Source: Camelus dromedarius
Lineage: Eukaryota
NCBI RefSeq assembly: GCF_036321535.1
Contig: NC_087436.1
Coordinates: 26,042,001 to 26,106,000 of the forward strand
Reading direction: 5' to 3'
Length of the DNA: 64,000 bases
Shown: in pieces, positions 27,501 to 37,017 of the stretch
How positions within the stretch are numbered: the first letter of the stretch is position 1
Layout: each line of letters opens with the position of its first letter
The notes under the pieces: model-generated
Told to the model about the DNA's origin: nothing
Databases searched by the model: none
What the model saw: the letters and a program-made list of their open reading frames with translations, nothing else
Position numbers and translations under genes: made by a program

Positions 27501-27695
27501 AAAAATTCTTTTAAAAAATGTTTTGTTCCAATTGGATGATCTATACCACCCTGTCTTCCAGATCACTGATCCATTTTTTTGCATCATCTGTTGTGCTATT
27601 GATTCCATCTAGGGTATTTTTCATTTCAGTTTTTGTATTCTTCAGCTCTGATTAGTTCTTTTTTTAATATTTTCTATCTCTTTGTTGAAGTTCTG
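24540..27695 (-). mobile_element. Older LINE-1 with two large internal deletions (3' UTR / ORF2 RT / EN start / ORF1)
   Basis: 3' UTR at 24540-24870. ORF2 peptides WKDIPCSWIGRINIAKM and [15 protein letters not shown]. At about 26290 the sequence jumps to the EN start VTLNVNGL, then to ORF1-like sequence. Confidence 0.9.
27320..27441. repeat. Polypyrimidine low-complexity tract (CTT/CCT/CTCTTC)n
   Basis: About 120 bp containing only C and T, inside the L1 ORF1 remnant. Confidence 0.95.
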
Positions 27696-27744
27696 ATCTA
27701 GAGATTATAATATACATGTTTAACTTAATACAGTATAATAGCTT

Positions 27745-27922
27745 AGAGTTTGTGATTTGAGATCTTTGGGAATATTGAGATAGGGTGAATGCATTTTGTA
27801 TATGAAATAGATGTGACTTTGGTGGGGGCCACAAGGAAGACTGTAATTGGTTGAATGGTGGTCCTTCGAATGATAATGTCCTAATTCCTGGAACCTGTGA
27901 ATTTTAAATTATTTGGAAATGA
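27745..27922 (+). mobile_element. MLT1 internal end plus LTR start fragment
   Basis: 'gggtgaatgcattttgtatatg...ggtgggggccacaaggaagac' (PPT) followed by 'tgtaattggttgaatggtggtcc...cctaattcctggaacctgtgaa'. Confidence 0.75.
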
Positions 27923-28689
27923 ATATAAAATAAAAGGCATGGAAAGAAGATTGCTATTCTATGTCAATAAATTTTATGAACAAAATATTATTCTATGATA
28001 TATTATTTCACAAATTCAGACTTTGGTTACATATATAGCTCACTTTGCAAATTATACGAATGAACAAAATCCAATAGATAACTTGACCCTCATATTTGGT
28101 AATGTATGTGACATAGTCAACAATCAAGAATATACATTAGATAATCCTCTGAAATATGTAATTGAGCAATAAAATATGTAAAATTAAGAGCTAAAGTATG
28201 TAGCTTAGTCAGTAAAACTTGGCAAGCATAGTAATTAAACAATTTACTGAAACAGCAAAATATGCAAGAAAGAGTAAGAAAATCTTATTTATGAAACTAG
28301 TATTGAATCATCAATAGATAGTTTCAGATAACTTGATTTGAAAAACAAGCTGTTGTAATGATCTATGCTGCTCCATCAGCAAATTATCTACCTCAATCAT
28401 TGAGCTATATGAAAAATTAATTGGCTAACTATGGAATTTTATGATCGCAACCAAGGAAATTCATTGAGATACTAAAGATGTTATGTGCATAATTTTAAAA
28501 TGTTAAATGGCATCTTAGAAGGATTTGCAGCTTGCTTCTATTAAATTACCTTCAGACTCCACCCCCACACCTTTTTAACCAAATGTTGACTGACAGATTA
28601 TTAAAAGCTACAATGTTAAGTTCTTAAATAAAAATGTGTAATAGTAACACATTTCTTTGAATATTTCACCTATGATTATGACCTAGTAA

Positions 28690-29460
28690 TAGTTCTAGAC
28701 TATCTCTTCCACTTTATGTAACTGTAAAACTGGACAGAAAATAAAGCAACTGTTTTCAGAAACTGGACTATATAGGGATTGCAAGATTATTATTCCTGAC
28801 AAAATGTAAATTCATGCGGTGAGCCAATGATATCTCTAGCTCTATGAATAGGGACAATTTCCCAACCACAGAGTAGTAAGCTAAGGACCAAGAAGAACAT
28901 GATACTTTTACTGAGCTGAGGAAGCAGAAATTAGAGTTCAAGTCAGTTGGACTTGAGCATAGGAGAAAAGGTGTTTGTTCTGGAAGGAGTTCTCAAAATC
29001 TGTGCATGGTTGATTATGAGAAATTAGGTGAGGGCTGTGTCACATATTTACAGCATGAGACTACCAAACTCCTACAACAGAATATATGATATAGAGTTAA
29101 AAGGTAGATATACTAGGGATCAAGTAGGCTTTAGGAACGTTGGGGTCCGAGTAAGCCAAGAGTGGAAAGACCATATTAACTCATTAACATTTCTTCATAC
29201 ATCTAGCATAACATTTGATATACTAGAAAGGTTGAGTTCTATGAGTAAGGTCCATGCCTGAGAATGGCCTATTCTATGCCACCCTAGAAAAGCCTAAAAC
29301 CAACCATAGTAAGACCTGAAGCTATTTGAAGTTGAGTACTAATTCTAGAATTAAAATGAAAAAAATAGTACTAACTGGAATTCATAGCAATTTGAATATT
29401 ACATAAGAAAAGTTCAGTGAATTTGAGACAGATAAATGATCAATTCTCCAATGAGAAATT
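28690..29460 (+). mobile_element. Old L1 (L1MD/L1M4-like) 5' region
   Basis: 'aaactggacagaaaat...aactgttttcagaaactggac...ggtgagcc' resembles L1MD-type 5' UTRs; ORF1-like 'aaagttcagtgaatttgagacaga' follows. Confidence 0.55.
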
Positions 29461-29809
29461 TGAAGTGAGTATTTACACTGTGTATGGATGGGAAAGTAGC
29501 ACGTAATGAAAGTTGAATGGGATGTTGCAGGCACTTTGAGATCAGGTTAGAAAGCTTAGTCTGTTGAGTATGGTATGTTGGAAGTAGAAGCTGATGTTAG
29601 ATGCTCACAAAATGCTTAGGAGACTCAAAAAAAAAAAAAACAAGTATAGATGGTGAAACTAGTGTGAAGTGTAAAATCTTTTGTGTGGGAAAAATGCAAC
29701 AGAGCTTCCAAATTTGTTGAATATGGGTCAGAAGAGAGTTTGAGAAGGAGGAATCCAGGAAGTGATGACCCAAATTTCTTAAAATGATTAACTGGATGCA
29801 TGAAAAAAT

Positions 29810-29952
29810 TATTCATTAATTAGTTTAACAAATATTTTTGAATACCTACAATGTATCAGGCATTGTTTGTGGTGGGGGATATAGCAGTAAACAACATAAT
29901 CAGAAATTCCTACCTTCATGGAGAGTTTACATAATAGAAAAGACAGACAATT
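29810..29952 (-). mobile_element. L2 3' end
   Basis: 'tttaacaaatatttttgaatacctacaatgtatcaggcattg...gggatatagcagtaaacaa...cttcatggag'. Confidence 0.85.
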
Positions 29953-29967
29953 TAAAAAAGCAGTATG

Positions 29968-30168
29968 GACATAAACACACTCATTGTCACATTTTTTTCT
30001 CTGTGAGTTATCATAGCATTTTCTGTATATTTCCCTGTGCTATACAGTATAATCTTGTTTATCTATATGTCCATGAATGACTGAAAAATTGTGCTGAACA
30101 CTGGAATTTGACACAACATTGTAAAATGATTATAAATCAATAAAAAATGTTAAAAAAAATAAAAAAAT
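29968..30168 (+). mobile_element. Young 5'-inverted (twin-primed) L1 3' end
   Basis: An inverted segment (29968-~30065) and a forward segment with an A-rich tail are flanked by the identical TSD 'aaaaaagcagtatg' (29954-29967, 30169-30182). Confidence 0.92.
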
Positions 30169-30674
30169 AAAAAAGCAGTATGAATCATCTTAAAATGCTT
30201 ATTTTTTCTGTGTGAACTGAAACCCTGCCAACTATCAGACTAAAAAAAAAGTGAAAATATAGTCTTATATCCTTAGTAAAAATTCTCTGAAATATAATTT
30301 AGAAGTGACTAACATACAGTTAGATTTATTTTGGTCACTATGAGTATACCTGGTGGAGACTGAATATTAGGGAAAAAAGTAGCAATATTTAGCAATACCT
30401 AGTAAACATTTTAGCAATTCTATTTGAAGGAATTAACTCTGGAAGACAGCCAGCCATGTGTACAAAGATTACAGTTTACAGTATTGAAAAAGTGAAGAGC
30501 CTAAATGTCTGAAAATAAGTGATTGATTTAAAAAATACATCCCAAAGTACAATTATATTAGTAGTTCCCAAGGCTCTGTTCATCAGAATCAATTAAGGAG
30601 CTTGATGAAGCTCCAGATTTTCCTACTTCACCCAAACTATTTGAGTCAGCATTTCTGATGGTAGATTCTGACTC

Positions 30675-32135
30675 TCTTTGCATTTGTTGATGTATAGTTG
30701 ATTTAAAATATGATGTTAGTTTCAGGTGTACAACATATTGATACAATATTTTTATAGATTATACTCCATTTAAAGTTGTTATAAAATATTGGCTATTTCC
30801 CTGTCAGCCAAGGGAGGCTGATGTGGGGTTCTAGGAGGTGAGTGGCCCAAATGAAAAAATGCATGAGGAGTTGCCATACTGCTGGACAGACTTCAGCCGG
30901 AGACACCATGGGGTTAACAGCACTTTATTGCCACAGGGAGGTGCGCGCCTATGATGCACCTGTCCTGCATTTACTTGTTTTTCTGTCAGCAAATGCGCAG
31001 TCTGAGTTTCTTTGTTCATTAGGCTTACAGAATATCTCTGGCACATGCGTACTTCTATTTTCTTTGTTCTAAATCTTACATAATTGACACATGCGTGGAG
31101 CAATTATTTACTGCATCCTTCAAACGTGCTCTGTAGTCATGGCCTTGGGTCCCACAGCCTCAACTCGTCTCAAGGCCAGCTCACATTCCCCATGCTGTAC
31201 AATATATCCTTGTAGCTTATTTTATACATAGTAGTTTCTACCTCTTAATCCCCTACCCCTATCTTGCCCTTTTCCCCCTGCTCTCTCCCCACTGGAAACC
31301 ACTAGCTTGTTCTCTTTATCTATGAGTTTGTTTCTGTTTTGTTACAGTCAATGCTTAATTTTTAGGTTCCACATATAAGTAATAACATACAGTATTTGTC
31401 TTTCTCGATTTAACTTAGTTTACTAAGCATGATACCTTCCAAGTCTGTCTGTGTTGTTGCAAGTGGCAAGATTTCATTCTTTTTTCATGGCTGACTAATA
31501 ATCCATTAAATATATGTCACATCTTCTTTATCTTTTCCTCTATTGATAGGCACTTGGGATGCTTTCATATCTTGGCTATTATAAATAATGTTGCTATGAA
31601 CATTGGGGTAGGTTTATCTTTTCAAATTAGTGTTTTCATTTTCTTTGGATATCAATCCCAGGAGTGGACTTGCTGGGTCATATAGTAGTTCTATTTTTAA
31701 TTTTTTGAGGAACCTTTACACTACTTTCAGTAGTGCCTGCACTAATTTACATTCCCACCAACAGTTTACCTGGGTTCGCTTTTCTCTACATCCTTACCAA
31801 CATTTGTTATTTGTGGTCTTTTTTATGGTAGCCACTCTGACTGATGTGAGGTGATACCTCATTGTGGATTTGATTTCCATTTCTCTGATGATTAGCAATA
31901 TTGAGCATCTTTTTAAAATTGAAATACAGTTGATCTATAGTATCGTGTAAACATCTTTTCATGTACCTGTTCGCCATCTATATGTCTTATTCAGGTCTTC
32001 TGCCCATTTTTCAGTTGGGTTGTTTGTGAGTTCTTTTTTCTTGGTATTGAGTTGTATGAGCTGTTTATATATATTGGACATTAATCCCTTGTCGGTCATA
32101 TCATTTGCAAATATGTTCTCCCATTCAGTAGGCTG
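30675..32135 (-). mobile_element. 5'-truncated L1 (3' UTR plus ORF2 C-terminus)
   Basis: 'tgtatagttgatttaaaatatgatgttagtttcaggtgtacaacat'; ORF2 peptide [26 protein letters not shown]. Confidence 0.92.
30802..31185 (-). mobile_element. Lineage-specific ERV solo LTR (384 bp) inserted in the L1
   Basis: TG...CA termini; 5-bp TSD 'ttccc' (30797-30801, 31186-31190); AATAAA on the minus strand ('ctttatt' ~30923); the host L1 is contiguous across the insert. Confidence 0.88.
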
Positions 32136-32340
32136 AGAAACTATATTTTTAAAGCAGTTCCCCAAGTGATTTTCATGCAAGCACAGTCATTGATACATAT
32201 AATGGAATGCTGTGTGGGCATCAAAAATTTGTGGCAGAAAAATTAGTGACATATAGGATACCTAAAATATAATACCCTGTTGAGCATAAGAGTAATACCA
32301 AGGAGTATGTACATTATAGTATAGTTTTATTACCTACAAG

Positions 32341-32371
32341 ACACACATACACACACACACACACACACACA
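32341..32371. repeat. (CA)n microsatellite
   Basis: Directly visible in the sequence. Confidence 0.95.
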
Positions 32372-33769
32372 GAGAAACACATACACAGTTTCACAGTTTT
32401 ATAACACTAAATAGAACAACACATTTAAATAATAATTATGATGATTTTAAATTGTGTTATGACTAATATTTAACAATTAACACTTAAAAGCCTGTGTCAA
32501 GATATGCAGATGCTTCTATTTTCCTAGTTTTAAATTTAAAAACTTAATTGAGAGAAACAGGTCTTCTTAATCGCCTTCTTAAAAAGGCTGTTTTGGAATT
32601 GTAGACAGCTGCAGAAACACAGATCCTGAAAATAGGAGACTGAAACACAGTTTCATTGTCCTGAATCAGACTTTTAGAATAATTTGTTGGTAATGCTTGC
32701 TGCTTGGTGAAGTCTCATAGCATAGCTAAATTAATGACTCTAGAGATGAGGAGTCAGATTCCTAATATAGTAAACTAGCAGAAAGACAGGGTTCTTAAAC
32801 TCTATTGTTTCTTTCACCCTTAAAGCTATTTACCTGTTCAGAAAGGCCTCATGTATAAAAAGTTATTAATACTCAAAATGAGAAAATTTAATAGGAGGTA
32901 GAAGAGAGAATTCAGTTAGAGGATGCCAGTGAAGTACAAAACAACCTTCAAACTTCCTGATCAGCAGTTAGTCAACTGAAAAGGACTTTTACTTATGCTC
33001 TGAAATATAACTGTGACATTACCGAGGCAATTTCTTGTAAACTATATAAACTGTGATTTATCATAAGTATTTGGTAAGTATAGTATTCCTATTACTAATT
33101 TGATCAACATAGTTTAGTCTACAAATATTATGTATAATACAATTTCCAAAAATTAGCATGTAACAAATTTCCCATAATGGGAAAATAATAATGAACATAA
33201 TTATACTTAGGACAAGTGAAACTTCAGGGTGCTGCAGTGCCTTGTATTGTTGTTATGAGTCTTTGTTTTTCTTACATAAATATTTAACCTACACAGGAAA
33301 ATGAGGATGACTGACCACCAATTCTATGATATACTTTGAGAAGGAATTATATAATAGGTTTTGTTGTTTAGTTTTATTTATATTTGCTTTGTGTATAGGT
33401 TTATAATTATTGGGATATGATATAAACAGAATTTTCTTATAAAAGAAAAATATGTTATTTTCTACCAAGGGATTTAGTTACTGATTGGTCCCTGTTGTAA
33501 GTTCAAAAAATATTGACCAGTTTGTTTTATGAAATGAAAAAACAAAAGAAAACACCCAGTGAACTTACTTTCTCTGAAAAATTACTAGGGCTGTAAGAAA
33601 ATTCCCCAGTCAGTGGCTGTCTGGCCCCCTGTGTAGAATCAACAACCAACATGAATTAATGATGTATGCTTTGTGAGTCTAAAATTTTAAGATTTTGTTA
33701 TTTGGGCATATTACCAATGTCTATTTAGTAGTAAGTGCTACATGAATGATATCGCCACTGTTTGTTGAG

Positions 33770-34240
33770 GAAAGAGTCAAGTGGGTTGAGGTAGAATAGA
33801 GATCAAATCTAAACCTGAAATTTTGACTGTTTGATCTCAGGTAAATTTATTTCACCTTTCTAGATATCACTGTATATCCTTGGGAAAAAAACCCAATAAA
33901 CTCCCCAAATTAACAAAATACAGAGTAGAAGGCACTTAGGTTGCAGAGTTTTGTGATTAATGAGTGATAATGCAAGAATCTCAACAGGTTGCATGACTCA
34001 GAATTAGCTTTAAAAAAGCTCTGTTTTCTTGTTTCGTGGAAGCAGACTGATGTGGTAGGAGAACTTCTAATTTCATTTCTAAATTCTGTACAGTCTTGTG
34101 AGAAGTCACTTAAATTCTCTGAGCTTTTATTCTCTCATATTGAAATGAAGAATACTCAAGTTTTGGGATCTTAACTGTAGGGTTTTGTCATTCTCAATTG
34201 CAATTTCCTTATGCTTAAAATGAAAATAGTTGTGCTAAGA
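33770..34240 (+). mobile_element. MIR fragments
   Basis: 'gatctcaggtaaatttatttcacctttct', 'gtgattaatgagtgataatgca' and 'aagtcacttaaattctctgagcttttattctctcatattgaaatgaag'. Confidence 0.6.
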
Positions 34241-35025
34241 TTAGTATATATTAATGGGAATTAAATTTGTAATTATGCATATATAATTATAATTTAAATT
34301 GTACATAAACATTGTGTGTTTTTGAATGTATTATAATATGGGCTATATATGCAATATTTAAGGCAATATTAAAAATATACAAGTGCTCAATAGATTTTTT
34401 CTCCCCTATCCTTTCTCTTATTAATTTTGACTTCCAAGACTGACACTAAATACCTTTTGGAGTAAGAAAACTAGAGAATGTGATGGCATATACATTTTCA
34501 TGTCAGGTTTCAGAAAAGAAAGTTATGTTGAATTTCAAGAAATGTCCAAACTTTTTCAATCTCCTGGAATTTTAATAATATGTCATAAAAATGTAAAAAT
34601 TCTTCTGTAATCATTTTTATGCCTCAAATCATAGCCTTAGATAACATTGAGATGGATGGATTTGATGTGGAAAGACATTGATAACAGTGGAGGATTTGAG
34701 GAATAAAGCTGGTTTAAAGCAATCTTTCTACACTTTTTTGTTTGGAGTTCTGACTGCCAATGCTGAGATGCTTCTGTTTAGAACTCTGCTTTATACAGAA
34801 CTGTCAAATTCAAAGTGAGACATTCTTCTTCGAACCTTCTTTATTGATTAAATGAGTAATCATTTCAGAAAAAACAGAAATATCCAACTTCCTTGCATAT
34901 TAACCAACACAAAGAAATAATTTCACCTTGGCTTTTAGAATTAGCATAACCAACCATCACTGATTAAGGTGTCTCCCGTTACTCTTAATTTTCTTATTCC
35001 AAACTCAAGGGAACTCAGTTGCAAT

Positions 35026-35458
35026 TGTCAACTTTTAAAACATAAAGGTTAGCTGTTTGGCCAGCAAAATTGAGTTTTTTCAGGAATAGCAAAAGAACTG
35101 CAATTTGAGACATGCAAACTATGGTGAACCATAGGCAAATCTGGAGAACAAAGGAGAAGAGCTTTCTTTTTATAGAAGAAAGGAGGGTGTTTGGAAGGAC
35201 TGTTTTGAATGAAGCTTCATTGGAGGAGAGCAAGAATTCAGGTCTGTGGAGGCCTCTTACTGAGTTGTAGTAGTTTCTCATTGGTTGGGTTGTTACTGGG
35301 CAAGGAAAAAAATCTTCCTTCTTCCTTCTGGGGTATATAAAGCTTCTTTGTGCTAGGGTATGTATAGTAAGCTGTAAGCAGCAGTACAGACATGAGAACT
35401 GCCCCTTGAGGGCTTCCTGACTCCATTTGAATGAAGTTTTCCTATATTCATTTCCACA
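35026..35458 (-). mobile_element. ERV1 3' LTR (MER4/MER41-group-like)
   Basis: TG...CA bounded; immediately followed by the reverse-strand PPT 'tttccccttttt'; CCAAT ('attgg') and TATA-like ('ttttata') motifs on the minus strand. Confidence 0.85.
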
Positions 35459-35699
35459 TTTCCCCTTTTGATCAAGATTTTTTTCTCAAAAGCATCACTG
35501 ATCAAGAATCAGGTTTTTCTTATTGCGTGGTTTTGTCCCTCAGTGCCAGGAAGGACCTTTCCTGGCTGTCATGTCTCAGTAAGAAGGAAGGATAAGAGGG
35601 AGAACTCTCAGGCATTTCTCAGTCTATATCTTACTAATAAGTTCTTAAGTGTTAGAGTTCATCTAGAAGCATTAAGCTAGCATCACCTTATTATACCTT

Positions 35700-36110
35700 G
35701 TTTCTACAAGAATTTGACAGGCAAATATAAAATTTAAAAATAGTTATGGAAAGCAGAGTTAAAAGTAATATGACAAATCCAGTTTGTATAATGGTTCTGA
35801 ACCAGGATACTAGACCTGAGGGTGACCAACTAAACAAATCAAAGGACCATGGAGAATCAGATGGAATTTATTGCAACCAGTGCACTTGTTCCCTGATCTT
35901 GTATACTTGAATTTCTACTTCTCCAGAGACATTTGTCCATGTGCAACAGGCAGTATTTGCTATGGCATAATCACCTCCTTGTTCAACAAGTAGATAATCA
36001 AGGACTATGCAATTATTCAAAACTGTTTTAACTATTGTTGTTAGGCTGCTATTGCTTTGGCATGGAATTGGATAGCTCTTCTAATGTTAGGGAGAGAGTT
36101 CTGATCATGT
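35700..36110 (-). pseudogene. env: Decayed gamma-type retroviral env transmembrane subunit
   Basis: Translates as KTVLNNCIVLDYLLVEQGGDYAIANTACCTWTNVSGEVE...WSFDLFSW...SWFRTIIQTGFVILLLTLLSITIF: immunosuppressive domain, degenerate CX6CC and membrane anchor, with stops. Confidence 0.9.
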
Positions 36111-36516
36111 TTACTGGCACTTAGTCTGACTCAAGGGAGAAAGTTGCTTTCTGTGGAGGCAAACTTGGCATCATATACGTCTCTTAGGTTGTTCCTATCT
36201 GAATGTGTGGATCAGGACAGGAAAAGTGACAGCCATGGAGGCCAGTGAAAATTTAAGGGTCTGTAGACCACACTTGCAGCTTTATCTGGTTACTTTTGCC
36301 TTGTGTCTCTTTCTTTGCGTAGAGCCTGGACACAAATTTCCCCACGTTTGGGTGTTAATCAGAGACAGGGAAATTGACTAGGGTGATCCATAGATCAGAA
36401 TTTTTGCTGATAAATCCAGCAATCTGAAAGGTTACCTCCTTTGGCAATGGCCTGGGAGAAACAGATGATGATGTTTTTCTTTCCTGGTTAATGCCAGTAT
36501 AAAAAAGCAATATAAA

Positions 36517-37017
36517 TGAAAAATGTTGCAAACATCTCAGTAAAAAAATGATGCTGCAGTCATCAAGTCATCAGCTACTATCCCCACCGCTAACAGTGAG
36601 CAGAGGGAACTCAGGAGGGAGACAAACAGGCAGCCAGGCCTCTATAGCCATCCCCAACAGTGCACCTTGAGGGAACTCAGGATATGAAAAGAATAGGATA
36701 CTGGCCCTAGATAGCTGGTTGCATATCAAAGGAATGACTTCAGTGAGCCCAGATCTTTGCATCTTCCCATTCATAGAAAAGCATTAAATTCCTTAACTTG
36801 TAATATCTGATTCTCTTTAATTAACAGTAATCTTTTAATGTTCCAACTATCTGGTCTGTGTTGTAAAAACTCATATATATTCTGACTCCTCCCTTGTCTC
36901 TTTGGAGCATTCTCTTAGAGCGATCTGAAAGGCTCCTTCCCAGGCTTGAGTCCTCAGAAAGTCCACTGAATAAAACATAACTCTCAACTTTAGGTTGTGC
37001 ATTTTTTTCAGTCAACA
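36517..37017 (+). mobile_element. MER41-like cetartiodactyl solo LTR nested antisense in the ERV1 remnant
   Basis: 'gagggaactcaggat...ggatactggccctagatagc...catatcaaaggaatga', TATA-like 'catatatat', AATAAA at ~36969, ends 'ttttttcagtcaaca'. The 5' boundary and TSD are not resolved. Confidence 0.85.

Larger units (their letters stand above)
30558..32190. mobile_element. MER5-like hAT MITE split by an L1 (pieces at 30558-30672 and 32136-32190)
   Basis: Left piece 'tagttcccaagg...catcagaatcaattaaggagcttg...tttgagtcagcatttctg'; right piece 'atttttaaagcagttccccaagtgattttcatgca'. Confidence 0.65.

Noticed and set aside
35026..37017. Two LTRs as the paired ends of one small provirus
   Set aside because: They have opposite orientations and different sequences, and ERV internal sequence continues past the second one.
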